Part shown: piece after piece, positions 45,705-55,704 of the stretch | Layout of the letters: each line of letters begins with the position of its first letter | How positions within the stretch are numbered: position 1 is the first letter of the stretch | DNA from: a virus | Virus record (IMG/VR): IMGVR_UViG_3300025010_000005 | Coordinates: 1-64,000 of that record | Reading direction: 5' to 3' (one strand) | DNA length: 64,000 nt | Notes under the pieces: generated by a model | What the model was told of the DNA's origin: nothing | Database searches by the model: none | What the model saw: only the letters and a program-made list of their open reading frames with translations | Position numbers and translations under genes: made by a program

Positions 45705-45937
45705 TTTCTTCGCTTTTCAATTAGATATTTAATGAAGTTAGTATATTCTGGTTGGAAACTAAGTTTGTACCAAGTTAACTCACAATCTTCGACAACATCC
45801 AAAATTGCCATATCTTCGTATTCAGACTTTTTATGCATTTTGACGTACACTTTACTAGAAAATTCTTTCAAAAGTTGCATAAGGAAAAGTTTTTCATAGT
45901 CATTGCGGATTTCAACATAGTCTGTTAGATCGTTCAT
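45701..45937 (-). CDS. Hypothetical protein
   Basis: AAAGGA RBS. Confidence 0.55.
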   Translation of the reverse strand: MNDLTDYVEIRNDYEKLFLMQLLKEFSSKVYVKMHKKSEYEDMAILDVVEDCELTWYKLSFQPEYTNFIKYLIEKRRN

Positions 45938-45992
45938 AATTCATTTCCTTTCTATATTTGTACTACATTTAATTTTCAAGGTTCTATTTAAA

Positions 45993-46002
45993 GTAAAATA
46001 AT
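45993..46002 (+). promoter_or_regulatory. Putative late promoter motif GTAAAATAAT
   Basis: Same motif upstream of other late units (22985, 47344, 51835, 41668-41677 minus; GTATAATAAT at 56204, 62436). Confidence 0.65.
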
Positions 46003-46055
46003 ATTAGATAGAATTTATTTTTGCAAAAAACTCATCAAATGTTATGGAGAGATAA

Positions 46056-47303
46056 ATGACAAATGAGCCATTTAAGTTAACCATCCCGATTACACGAGCG
46101 TATAAAAAAGATGGCAAGATGATGATTGACGGGGTTGCCTCTTCAACCGCTCTTGATACCTATGATACCATATTTGCGCGTAGTTGTCAAGAGAATTTTA
46201 GTATTCTTATCAACGAGTCAAGTGAATCAGATGACCCTATTCAACTAGAAGCCGAGCATAAAGGCGACGAAGAGCCGATGAATATCCTTGGCCCTATTCA
46301 AAGTGCATGCGTAACTCCAGATGATGAATTATTTATTGTTGGCCGCTTAGATGAAAAGAACCCTAAAGCGGTGTTTTACTATGATTTGTTAACAAATCCA
46401 GATCCAAAACTTGGTAGACCTAGAATGCTTGGCCTATCAATTAATGGTGTTGTCGAAGAGGCTCACTGGGAGTATCGTGAAGATTTACAAAGAAACATTC
46501 GAGTCTTCGATAAAGTCAAATTGCTTAAAGTTGGTATTGTACGTTATCCAAGTAATCCAAATACATATTTGGAAAAAATGATTAGAAGCGTTGATTGGGA
46601 CGCAATTGAGAAAAAGGAGATCGAGTTAATGTCTGATAATATCGAAACTGCTGTTGTGGAGGAAACTGTTGATGTTGAAATTCGTTCTGATGAAGTTGTC
46701 TCCGATTCAACCGATTCAACCGTTACAGAAACCGAAACCAGTGAAGAAGTAGAACGTGCTTGTAATTGTGATCCCGAAAAAGATTGTACCTGTAATAAAG
46801 AAGAAGTTATTGAAGAAGAACGTGCAATGGATACCAGCGATGTTGCAGTTCAAACAGAAGATGTTGAAGAAACTTGTGATGAACAACGATCTGAAGAAGT
46901 TGTAGAGACAGTTGAAGAAGAAGTTGTTCGTGAAGATAATATCGAAAAAATGGCTGAAATTATGGCAAAGATGATTTGTGAACTTAAAGACGAACTTACT
47001 CGCTCAATTGACGAACTCAAATCTAAAGTGGAAATTATTGAATCTGAAAAATCAGAATTGGTTGAGAGAGTTGCTGTTCTGGAAACCGAAAAGGTTGAAT
47101 TAGTAACAAGAATGGCTGTTATGGAAAAAACTCCCACAACTTCTCCTGGCGCTCAATTGGTTGGAAATGTTGTTCGTGCAGAAAAAAGACCTGCTAAGGG
47201 TTCACAAGCAGAATATGAATTACTTCTTCGCGAAGCAGAGGCTAAAGGCGATAAAGAAACAGTTAAGAAATTAATGATTCTTAATCTATTTAAAACCACC
47301 TAG
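46056..47303 (+). CDS. Prohead protease fused to acidic/coiled-coil scaffold
   Basis: IDGVASST.LD, EH, GLSING, V..PSNP; Glu-rich and coiled-coil C-half; upstream of capsid. Confidence 0.85.
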   Translation: MTNEPFKLTIPITRAYKKDGKMMIDGVASSTALDTYDTIFARSCQENFSILINESSESDDPIQLEAEHKGDEEPMNILGPIQSACVTPDDELFIVGRLDEKNPKAVFYYDLLTNPDPKLGRPRMLGLSINGVVEEAHWEYREDLQRNIRVFDKVKLLKVGIVRYPSNPNTYLEKMIRSVDWDAIEKKEIELMSDNIETAVVEETVDVEIRSDEVVSDSTDSTVTETETSEEVERACNCDPEKDCTCNKEEVIEEERAMDTSDVAVQTEDVEETCDEQRSEEVVETVEEEVVREDNIEKMAEIMAKMICELKDELTRSIDELKSKVEIIESEKSELVERVAVLETEKVELVTRMAVMEKTPTTSPGAQLVGNVVRAEKRPAKGSQAEYELLLREAEAKGDKETVKKLMILNLFKTT

Positions 47304-47313
47304 ATTGTTGTTA

Positions 47314-47340
47314 TGAGCGGACTTTATGTCCGCTCTTTTT
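47314..47340 (+). terminator. Intrinsic terminator
   Basis: gagcggac-tttat-gtccgctc-ttttt. Confidence 0.85.
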
Positions 47341-47461
47341 GATGTAAAATAATAGTATGACTATGGATAGGATGGAGTAATTAACCGTCCGACAAGAGCC
47401 TCCCTACTCTTCCATCTGTCTTTTTTTTATAGGGATTTTTGAAAGACATGGGGAGACAAAT

Positions 47462-48346
47462 ATGCCTATTAAATTTACTACCGAATATTTTAAAAATTTT
47501 GTTGAAAATAAATATCCGGGATATAGCATTATTGACGAATATAAAGGTGTTATTACAGAGATTAATTTTATCCACAACGAGTGTGGAACAATTTTTCTTA
47601 AAAAACCTCATAGTGCGATCAACAGAAATTGTTTTTGTCCTGTATGTTGTAAAAACACTATATTTGAAAAAGATTTATTTACAAAATGGCTTAAAAAAAA
47701 TAGACCTGATTTTGAGTTTATATCTGAATATACTGATAAAATTCGTAGAGTTGTTTTAAAACATAATTGCGGAAATTTACTAGATGTTAGTTATGGCTCA
47801 TTTAGAAGCGGAAAGGGTTGTCCAAAATGTAACGGTGGTGTTAGAAAAACTCACGAAGAATTTACAAAATGGATGCATGAAAATAGAAGCGATTATAAGG
47901 TTGTTGGTGTTTATAAAAACTCATCAACAAAAATTGAAGTCGTTCATGAACAATGTAAAAAATCTTGGTTTGTTTTGCCAGGGGATTTAATTCAATTTGT
48001 AAATTGTCCTCATTGTCACATAAGTAAAGGCGAACAAGAAGTAGAAAAATATTTAATTAAAAATAATATAAAATATGAGAGAGAATTTAAATTCAAAGAT
48101 TGTAAAAACATAAAAGAATTAAAATTTGATTTTTTGGTAAAATATAACGATGAAAATATTTTAATAGAATATCAGGGAATTCAACATTATGAACCAGTAA
48201 AACTTTTTGGTGGAATTAAAAAATTTGAAGCAAGTAAAAAAAGAGATTTAATAAAAAAAGAATATTGCGAACAAAATAATATAAAATTGATTTGTATAAA
48301 ATATAACGAATGTATTAGTAATAAATTAAATAAAGAATTTAATTAA
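47462..48346 (+). CDS. Free-standing putative homing endonuclease (Zn-ribbon repeats + PD-(D/E)xK/Vsr-like domain)
   Basis: Three H..CG..CP.C repeats; SKGE, FDF, IEYQGIQH, D..K..YC; very AT-rich. Confidence 0.8.
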   Translation: MPIKFTTEYFKNFVENKYPGYSIIDEYKGVITEINFIHNECGTIFLKKPHSAINRNCFCPVCCKNTIFEKDLFTKWLKKNRPDFEFISEYTDKIRRVVLKHNCGNLLDVSYGSFRSGKGCPKCNGGVRKTHEEFTKWMHENRSDYKVVGVYKNSSTKIEVVHEQCKKSWFVLPGDLIQFVNCPHCHISKGEQEVEKYLIKNNIKYEREFKFKDCKNIKELKFDFLVKYNDENILIEYQGIQHYEPVKLFGGIKKFEASKKRDLIKKEYCEQNNIKLICIKYNECISNKLNKEFN

Positions 48347-48476
48347 AATAATATACGTGTTAATCTTTTATTGAATTTCCACTTGAAAAAGTTTTGCGAT
48401 TCAATGTAAGCATAAATTAACATGAGATATGTAGTAGAAGTTTATTATTATTTTTTCTTACGAAAGGAAAAAACAA

Positions 48477-49394
48477 ATGTCTGATAAGTACGAACTAATT
48501 TTAAGAGCGCTCAACACAAGCGCAACAGCTTTACAACCTGAAGATCTTTCCAGATTAATGGAACTTATTACTCCCCGTGATGTTCCAATGTTTTCTCGCC
48601 TTGCTCGTTCCAAAGCAACCGGCCTTCTTCACGAGTGGGTAGAATCTTCATTAACAGCATCTTTCACCGCTGGTGCATATGCTGATGGTGGAATCCCTGC
48701 TGGTCATGATAACACCCACGTTCGTAAAGACAACAAGGTTATGTCTGTTGGTCGTATCGCTTCTGCTACCAACCTAATGCGTGCAGTTGACACCATCGGT
48801 GCTTCTGATGCATTGGCTCTTGAACTAGAAGAAAAAATGGTTGACATTATGCGCGTTATTGAATATTACATCTTCAATGGCGACCGCGACAACACAAGCC
48901 CCCAAGAGATGGACGGCCTTCTAAACATTATCACAACTGGTAATGGCGCTACAGAAATTGATGGCGTTTCTGGTTATCTAACTGAGGCCGTACTTCAGTC
49001 TGCTCTAGTTGGTTGTTATAACAATGGTGGTTCCCCTAACATCATCGTTGCTCGTCCAGAAGTTGCTCAACGTATTGCCAATTTCACAGACGATAAGATT
49101 CGTTTCAACGGTGCTGGTGGTGGTGCTGGTGGTGTTGGAGCCGAAGGTCTTCGTTACCTTAACCCATTTGGCCCTTCCCTAGATGTTATTCCTGTTCGTA
49201 GTTCTTTCCTACCTTCCGGTAATGTTCTAGTCCTAGACTCAAGCAAGATTAAGTTGGCCTTCCTTTCTAACCTAATCGAAATCCTTCCTCTTGCTATTAC
49301 CACAGACGCCGAGAGCAAACTACTTAAGGCTTATCTAACTCTAGAATGTCGCGCAGTTGCTCATCACGCTCTTATCAAGAACGTTGCTGATTAA
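48477..49394 (+). CDS. Major capsid protein (HK97 fold)
   Basis: P....A...HEW, E...FNGD..EMDGL; strongly biased codon usage; terminator after. Confidence 0.88.
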   Translation: MSDKYELILRALNTSATALQPEDLSRLMELITPRDVPMFSRLARSKATGLLHEWVESSLTASFTAGAYADGGIPAGHDNTHVRKDNKVMSVGRIASATNLMRAVDTIGASDALALELEEKMVDIMRVIEYYIFNGDRDNTSPQEMDGLLNIITTGNGATEIDGVSGYLTEAVLQSALVGCYNNGGSPNIIVARPEVAQRIANFTDDKIRFNGAGGGAGGVGAEGLRYLNPFGPSLDVIPVRSSFLPSGNVLVLDSSKIKLAFLSNLIEILPLAITTDAESKLLKAYLTLECRAVAHHALIKNVAD

Positions 49395-49410
49395 GACTAG
49401 ATTAAACTTT

Positions 49411-49441
49411 GAAGCCCCTCGAAAGAGGGGCTTCTTTTTTT
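49411..49441 (+). terminator. Intrinsic terminator after capsid; near copy at 62398-62422
   Basis: gaagcccctc-gaaa-gaggggcttc-T7. Confidence 0.9.
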
Positions 49442-49489
49442 GTTTGTAAAGTAATTTGTGAGTTTAACTTAAAATAAAAAGGAGTAAAA

Positions 49490-50101
49490 ATGTACATTAC
49501 TTACGAAGAATTTATTAATTCTCCTTATGGTGCAGAATATAATCCTGTATCTGGGTCTATTTTTGAAACAAGTGGAAATGTTGTAGACTTTCTTGAAAGT
49601 GTTTCTTCTATTATTGATTTATATTGTGGAAGAACTTTTGACATTGTTTTATATGAAGAAACTAAATATGGATTAAGTGGAAAATCAATTTTCTTAGACA
49701 ATATTCCTGTAACTGGAATTGTTTCTATTGAATGGTCAACTGGATTTGGCTCTTCTGGTGTGGTTTCACCCACTTCATATTTATTGCTTAAACCAGAAGG
49801 TAGAATCATTTCTCAATTAAGTTTAAAGCAAGATTTTCTATATACAATCAAATATCACGCCGGATTTTCTGTAATTCCAGATCCAATTAGATACGCAACA
49901 TTGGTTCTTGCAAAAACACTTACTCAATCTCTTGAATCTGGATCTCTTGGAATTCCTGATGGTGGAACACTTACATCATTCAAGTTTGGTAAGTTTGCAG
50001 AAGAGTATGCAAACTCTCAACAAAAATATACAGATTACGCCGAGGCGATACCGCCAACTGTCTGCGCCATCCTTAAAAAATATAGATATATGAAGGCATA
50101 A
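49490..50101 (+). CDS. Head-tail adaptor
   Basis: YIT.EE, S..ID.YCGR.F, Y.AGF..IP..I..A, IL..YR. Confidence 0.8.
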   Translation: MYITYEEFINSPYGAEYNPVSGSIFETSGNVVDFLESVSSIIDLYCGRTFDIVLYEETKYGLSGKSIFLDNIPVTGIVSIEWSTGFGSSGVVSPTSYLLLKPEGRIISQLSLKQDFLYTIKYHAGFSVIPDPIRYATLVLAKTLTQSLESGSLGIPDGGTLTSFKFGKFAEEYANSQQKYTDYAEAIPPTVCAILKKYRYMKA

Positions 50102-50103
50102 TT

Positions 50104-50496
50104 ATGAATCCATATTCGTTAAGATCAAAACTACACAAAAGAGTAATGGAAAATCTTGGTATTGCCACAAAAATTCTTAGAGCAAAAGAAGTTGCAAAAG
50201 ATTTATATGGCGAACCAATTGAAACTCCATGGCCTTTTGATGAATATATTTTAAAGATTGTTATTGATTCTGAAAAAATTGATCAAAAAAATTCATCAGT
50301 TGGTTCTGGCGCAGATCCCAAAAAAGAATATATTTATTTTTATTGCGATGGTGATTTTGATATTCGTGTTGGTGATAAATTAGTTTATCCTGCAAATTCT
50401 ACAAGTCAATGGTTTGTTGATTTCATTGAACCTGTTGTACTTCGTGGAGTTCCTATTATTTGTGAAGTCAAGGCATATAAAGATGATCGATATTAA
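50104..50496 (+). CDS. Head closure/stopper protein
   Basis: D.YGE..., DIRVGDKL; position after adaptor. Confidence 0.65.
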   Translation: MNPYSLRSKLHKRVMENLGIATKILRAKEVAKDLYGEPIETPWPFDEYILKIVIDSEKIDQKNSSVGSGADPKKEYIYFYCDGDFDIRVGDKLVYPANSTSQWFVDFIEPVVLRGVPIICEVKAYKDDRY

Positions 50497-51115
50497 AGTA
50501 ATTCCAAAAACGAGTAATAAAGATTTGCCTCATTTTATTCTTTTACTAAAAGACATTGATTTAAATATGCCAAGAATTGTTAAACTAGTTCTTCGTGAGA
50601 TCGCAAGAGCTTCTGTTAGAAAAGCACAATCTTATATTCGCGGAACAAGAAAACCAAAACCTTTCTCTGGTGGCCCAGGAGGTTCTATACCTTGGACTCC
50701 ATTATATAATATTGGCCCCAAAATGGGTGAATCAACAATGTTATGGAACAAAACTTCTCGTAAATCCAAAACAGGTAGTTCTCATCCATTATCTGATGAA
50801 GGTGGTTTGGAAAAGTCATTAAAGTTTTGGGATTTAAAATATGGGACTCATAGTGCGTCTGTAAAAGTTGGTATTTTGGATTCACATTATGCAAAAGTCG
50901 GCCTTAAGCAGGAATATGGTGGATCTAACCCATTAAAAGGACATAAAAGAATTCCTTCAAGACCTTTTCTTTTTCCAGCAATTATGGATGTTAAAAACGA
51001 TCCAAGATTGAAATCAAAAATAAAAAATAGAATTACTAGAATGTTAGAGGCATCAAGACAAACTGGTGCTATAAAAATATCAGAAGATATGTTTGAAGGT
51101 ATAGGTGAAGAATAA
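50483..51115 (+). CDS. Neck/tail completion protein
   Basis: PL.D.G.L..S, VG....YA...EYG, IPSRPFL.PA. Confidence 0.75.
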   Translation: MIDIKVIPKTSNKDLPHFILLLKDIDLNMPRIVKLVLREIARASVRKAQSYIRGTRKPKPFSGGPGGSIPWTPLYNIGPKMGESTMLWNKTSRKSKTGSSHPLSDEGGLEKSLKFWDLKYGTHSASVKVGILDSHYAKVGLKQEYGGSNPLKGHKRIPSRPFLFPAIMDVKNDPRLKSKIKNRITRMLEASRQTGAIKISEDMFEGIGEE

Positions 51116-51838
51116 ATGAGACATATAGAGGATTTAATCCTGCAAACGTTGGTTAAAATTATTTCGGATGAAGTTAGCATTTCTAGTGGAAATATGTGGC
51201 TTCTTAACCCATCATCTGAATTTGTCAATTCACAAGAAGGCCCGAATAGTGTTTCTAAAGTTTCATATCCTGTTATCGGAATCCATTATATGTCAGATGT
51301 TGTTTACAAATATAACAACTATGGCGAGAATAAATATATTTACGATTCATCTGGAAATGTTACTGAGTACTCTCCGCTTGGTGAAGTTAAAATGCCTTTG
51401 GGTATTTCGTTATACGCAAAATCAAGAAAAGATATGAGAGAATATGGGGACAAACTATATTCATTCCTTTTAAAAAATAAATTTATCGGTTTACAAAATG
51501 ATTGTGTTACTGGTGAATATTTTGCTTTAAAATTTTTGACAAAGAAAGATACTTATGAGGAAATGCCATATCAAGAAATTTATATTATTGAATGTGCATC
51601 AAGAATTTTTAAAGAGACATTTGCACCTAGAATTGATGAGATTGTGGTTACTATTGATACTGATATAGTTGACGGAGTATCTTGTACAAACGGCCCTGCA
51701 TACATAAATCCAGACGCAGAGATATTCGAACCAGGAACTATGTTGTTATATGACGAAACAGCCGGAGTTTATTATATTTTAGACTTTTTTAGAGATGGAG
51801 AAGCAACCTATATAGCTTCTGGTGCAAATTCGATGTAA
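51116..51838 (+). CDS. Tail terminator-like protein
   Basis: Position before sheath; YP.I pattern. Confidence 0.55.
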   Translation: MRHIEDLILQTLVKIISDEVSISSGNMWLLNPSSEFVNSQEGPNSVSKVSYPVIGIHYMSDVVYKYNNYGENKYIYDSSGNVTEYSPLGEVKMPLGISLYAKSRKDMREYGDKLYSFLLKNKFIGLQNDCVTGEYFALKFLTKKDTYEEMPYQEIYIIECASRIFKETFAPRIDEIVVTIDTDIVDGVSCTNGPAYINPDAEIFEPGTMLLYDETAGVYYILDFFRDGEATYIASGANSM

Positions 51839-51900
51839 AATAATATATGATGTTTTTTGTAAAATAAAGTAAGACCTTTTTTCTTGAGAGAGGAAACAAA

Positions 51901-53361
51901 ATGTTTGTAAACAGTTTCAATTCCATGATTACCCCAAACGTATTCCTTCGTGAAGCCGCTCCCGCTGCCGCAATTAGAGGTAGTGGTATCGGAACTATTG
52001 GTGTTGTTGTTCAGTCTATTCGCGGTCTTGTTGGCGTACCTACCGTTGTTTCCGATCTTTCAGACTATACCCGCAAGTTCGGTGACTATGATGTAGCAAT
52101 CAAAGACGATTTTATGTATGTTTACAATATGCTAAAGCAAGGCGCTGATAGTTTGATGGTAGTTCGCGCTGTAGACGGAACTGCTGTTGTTGCATCTGGA
52201 ACAGTTCAAGGAACTACATTCACACTGAAATCTGGCGGTACTTGGGGCAATGCCGTAACACTTACAATTGCTGCTTCTACCGTTTCAGGTTATGTCGATC
52301 TTTCATTCAAATATGGCGCTAAAGAACAATATGACTACAAGCAAGTGCAATTCACTTCTACTACTGGAACTCGTTATTTCAAAGATGTTATCGAAGCTGC
52401 ACCAGATGATTTCGTAAACGTTTTGGTCGCTGGAACAGTAAATCCTTCTGGTCAAGTTGTTTCCTTCGCTGGTGGAACAAACGGTACAACTGTTGGTTCT
52501 GCTGCTGCTGATAGCATCTATGTTGGTACAAATGCATCTGGTGGACTAACTGGTTTGGTTGCTTTTGAAGCAGAAGATTCAGTCAACTTTGTTTGTTCTG
52601 CTCGTAACACTGATACCGTTAACGCAGCCCTTCTTGCTCACGTTGCAATTGCCGGAGTAACACCTAGAATGGCAATCGTTTCACCTGCATCTGGAAAGAC
52701 TGTTTCTGAGATGGTAACTCTTATGGCAACCTACAATCAAGACCAAGTTATCATGACTTACCCTTGGTTGCAAGTTGTTAATCCTTACAACAACAAGAAA
52801 GAATATCACGCCCCTAGTTCTTTCTATGCCGGTCTTCTTTCAACACTATCTTATGAACAATCTCCTTCACGCAAACAAATCCTTGGAGTTATTGGTAGCG
52901 AGCGTTCATTAACTAATGCAGAAGTTGACACACTAACTTCTAACCGCGTTTCACCAATCACTCTTATCTCTGGTCAAGGTTTTGTAGTTCGTAATGGCTA
53001 TAACACTTCCTCAAATCCTGCACGTCAAAATATTACTCGTCGTCGTGCAGTAAACTTCTTTGCAACAGCATTTGAAGCTGGTTCACAACAATTCGTTTCT
53101 CGCCCACACACAGAAGCACTTCGTAACGATATTAAACGTGCTTTTGGTTCATTAATTGAGAATGAACTTGCTGTTGGTAAGATTGGCAATGTTAATGGTG
53201 GAAAAGTTTATGCCGTTAAGTGCGATTCCCAAAACAATCCTAATGAAGTAGTTCGCGCTAATCGTTGTATGGTAGATATTCAAATTAGTTTACTTGCACC
53301 AGCGGACTTCATCGCAGTTACTCTTGACGCAAGTGAAGCCAAAGTAGTTGACACTCAATAA
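51901..53361 (+). CDS. Contractile tail sheath protein
   Basis: P.V...E, G..G.P, YPW, PS...AG, V.CD..NN, PADFI. Confidence 0.93.
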   Translation: MFVNSFNSMITPNVFLREAAPAAAIRGSGIGTIGVVVQSIRGLVGVPTVVSDLSDYTRKFGDYDVAIKDDFMYVYNMLKQGADSLMVVRAVDGTAVVASGTVQGTTFTLKSGGTWGNAVTLTIAASTVSGYVDLSFKYGAKEQYDYKQVQFTSTTGTRYFKDVIEAAPDDFVNVLVAGTVNPSGQVVSFAGGTNGTTVGSAAADSIYVGTNASGGLTGLVAFEAEDSVNFVCSARNTDTVNAALLAHVAIAGVTPRMAIVSPASGKTVSEMVTLMATYNQDQVIMTYPWLQVVNPYNNKKEYHAPSSFYAGLLSTLSYEQSPSRKQILGVIGSERSLTNAEVDTLTSNRVSPITLISGQGFVVRNGYNTSSNPARQNITRRRAVNFFATAFEAGSQQFVSRPHTEALRNDIKRAFGSLIENELAVGKIGNVNGGKVYAVKCDSQNNPNEVVRANRCMVDIQISLLAPADFIAVTLDASEAKVVDTQ

Positions 53362-53431
53362 ACTTAAATAATTGTTGACAGGTTGCGGGGGTTATTCCCC
53401 GCAACAAAATCTTATTAAAAGAGGTGTGTAA

Positions 53432-53941
53432 ATGGGAAAAGCGAGAGTTTGCGGTAGCAACGCAAAAATTTATGTTTATGATGAAAAGCAAGGCGAAATT
53501 CTTATTGGTGAAGTTGATAAATTTAGCGCAAAAGACGCAAGTGATCTTAAAAAATATCGTTCACTCGGAACTGCTAAAATTGGTTCTCAAGCAATTTTTG
53601 GTGGTTGGGAAATTTCTTGTGATGGTGGTAAAGTCGATTGGAAGCTTGCTCAACTTATTCATGCTCAGGATGAAAGAATTGCCAATAGCGACTGTTCTGC
53701 ACAGTTTTTCGTGATTCAGACTGTTGATTATTTTGACGGCATCCAAGATGCTTATAGATACGATGAAGTAACATTCCATGGTTACGAACTAGATTCCCCT
53801 ATCGAAGAAATGACAGAAAAATTTAATGGTTTTAGTGGCGTTAATCGTGTTCAACTTACTGCTGCCGACGAAAGTTATAAAGAAGCAATTAAAACCAAAT
53901 ATAGTTCACTCGTTGACTATTTAATCAATAAGAAAGCGTAA
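53432..53941 (+). CDS. Tail tube-like protein 1
   Basis: Directly after sheath; GEVD.F, GW...GGKVDW.LA. Confidence 0.75.
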   Translation: MGKARVCGSNAKIYVYDEKQGEILIGEVDKFSAKDASDLKKYRSLGTAKIGSQAIFGGWEISCDGGKVDWKLAQLIHAQDERIANSDCSAQFFVIQTVDYFDGIQDAYRYDEVTFHGYELDSPIEEMTEKFNGFSGVNRVQLTAADESYKEAIKTKYSSLVDYLINKKA

Positions 53942-53954
53942 GGAGTGATACAAA

Positions 53955-54455
53955 ATGGGAACACCTAAACCAAGAGTTTTAGGCTCAAGAGCCACAATCA
54001 AAATTGGTGAAATTAAAATTGGTGAAATCGAAAAGTTTGGTGCAAAAAATCTCAATGAGTTAAAAAAATCTCAACCACTTGGAGATAAGACTGTTACCTC
54101 TCAAGTAATTTTCAAAGGTTGGGATCTTAACTTTGAAGGTGGAAAAGTTGATTGGGATCTAGCCCAAATGATTCATCTTCAAGACAAACAAATTACCTCT
54201 GGTGGACGTTCACCTTTGTTCGAAGTAACCCAAGAGATTCTTTATTATAACAAAACAATTGAATGTTGGACTTATCCAGAAGTTAGCATTCACGGTTACG
54301 AAGTCAATATTCCAATGGAAGAAATCACAGAAAAGTTTGATGGTTTCTGTGGAAAACCAAGAGTTGCTTCTTCTGTTGACACTACAACTGTTGATAGCAA
54401 AACTTCAATTGCAAGATATTTAAAAGATAATTCAAAGGATTATACAGTATTATAA
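53955..54455 (+). CDS. Tail tube-like protein 2
   Basis: GEIEKF, GWDLNFEGGKVDWDLA. Confidence 0.72.
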   Translation: MGTPKPRVLGSRATIKIGEIKIGEIEKFGAKNLNELKKSQPLGDKTVTSQVIFKGWDLNFEGGKVDWDLAQMIHLQDKQITSGGRSPLFEVTQEILYYNKTIECWTYPEVSIHGYEVNIPMEEITEKFDGFCGKPRVASSVDTTTVDSKTSIARYLKDNSKDYTVL

Positions 54456-54466
54456 GGATGAAATAA

Positions 54467-55045
54467 ATGGGAAAAGCCAGAATTCATGGCACAAATGTTC
54501 ATCTTTACTTTATGCCGCAAGTTCCGCTTGCGGCTTTTGAACTAGGTGAAGTGGATGACTTTAAAGCCAAATCAAGAACGAAAATTATTCACTCAAGACC
54601 AATTGGAAGTGTTATAGAAGGTGCTACATTACAATATGGTGGTTGGGATTTAACTTTTGAAATGGGTAAAGTTGATTGGAAACTTTGTCATATGTATTAT
54701 CTTCAAGATTTAGAATTAAGAGGAAATATTGTTCCTCCCAAGTATTCGATATTTGAAGAAATTCAACATTATGATGGAAGTATTGAACAATTTATATATC
54801 GAGATGTTACATTGTTTAATCTTGATATTAGTAGACCATCTCAAGAATCAAAAGAAACGATTCAAGGATTTTCTCCAATTCGTGAAATTGGGCCATTATC
54901 TATTCCTAACCTTGTTGGGATTGATGAACTAAAAATGGAAGCTTATTTTGCTGCCAAACTTGCTTTAGATGCAAACGGTGGCGCTTTAAACGTTGTAAAA
55001 AATACTACTGGAAGTATTGGAAAATGGATTTCGGGTGGTCAATAA
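54467..55045 (+). CDS. Tail tube-like protein 3
   Basis: GEVDDF, GWDLTFEMGKVDWKL. Confidence 0.7.
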   Translation: MGKARIHGTNVHLYFMPQVPLAAFELGEVDDFKAKSRTKIIHSRPIGSVIEGATLQYGGWDLTFEMGKVDWKLCHMYYLQDLELRGNIVPPKYSIFEEIQHYDGSIEQFIYRDVTLFNLDISRPSQESKETIQGFSPIREIGPLSIPNLVGIDELKMEAYFAAKLALDANGGALNVVKNTTGSIGKWISGGQ

Positions 55046-55695
55046 TGGGATTTTTAGATAATTTAAAAAACAATCTAATCAATGAAGTATTGTCTTCACC
55101 AAAACCAAGGGTATTATCTTCAAATGTAAAGTTAACAATTAGACCTCAAAATATGGGAATGTCCGAATATGATCAACACGATTCTATCGATGTTGGTGAA
55201 ATTGATACATTCAAAAAAGCAAAAGTTATTGGTGTTGTTAAAAAATTCAAACCTTATGGTGAAAAATTTGAAACAGTTATAACAGAAGATAACGGTTGGG
55301 ATATCTCTTTTACTTGTGGTAAGGTTGATTGGAATCTAGCATATTTTGTTTATATGAATGAAGTTGCGATGTTAGGAAATATAAAGGAAACGGATTCAAT
55401 TAATAGAACCGCATTTGAAAATATAATGGGACGACCTGTTTTTACAATCACAGAAGAAATTAAATTATATAATGGAAAAACAGAGATTTGGGAGTATCAA
55501 GATTTTGTCTTGCTTGGTTACGAATCAAACACAAATGATGACAATCAAGTTATCGTAGAAAGTGTAACTGGATTTGCTTCTCGCAGAGTTGCAATTGGAG
55601 ATATGAATCAAGATTTAGAATTATCTAAAATAAACAGTAGCGTTAGCAAAATTTTGTTAGCGTTGAAAAAGTCAGGAAAATATGGTTTACAATAG
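55045..55695 (+). CDS. Tail tube-like protein 4
   Basis: GEIDTF, GWDISFTCGKVDWNLA; TAATG coupling. Confidence 0.7.
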   Translation: MGFLDNLKNNLINEVLSSPKPRVLSSNVKLTIRPQNMGMSEYDQHDSIDVGEIDTFKKAKVIGVVKKFKPYGEKFETVITEDNGWDISFTCGKVDWNLAYFVYMNEVAMLGNIKETDSINRTAFENIMGRPVFTITEEIKLYNGKTEIWEYQDFVLLGYESNTNDDNQVIVESVTGFASRRVAIGDMNQDLELSKINSSVSKILLALKKSGKYGLQ

Positions 55696-55704
55696 GAGGT
55701 TCTA

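Noticed and set aside
47304-48476. Group I intron around the endonuclease joining protease and capsid
   Set aside because: No P/Q/R/S elements; protease has its own stop and terminator, and capsid has its own RBS
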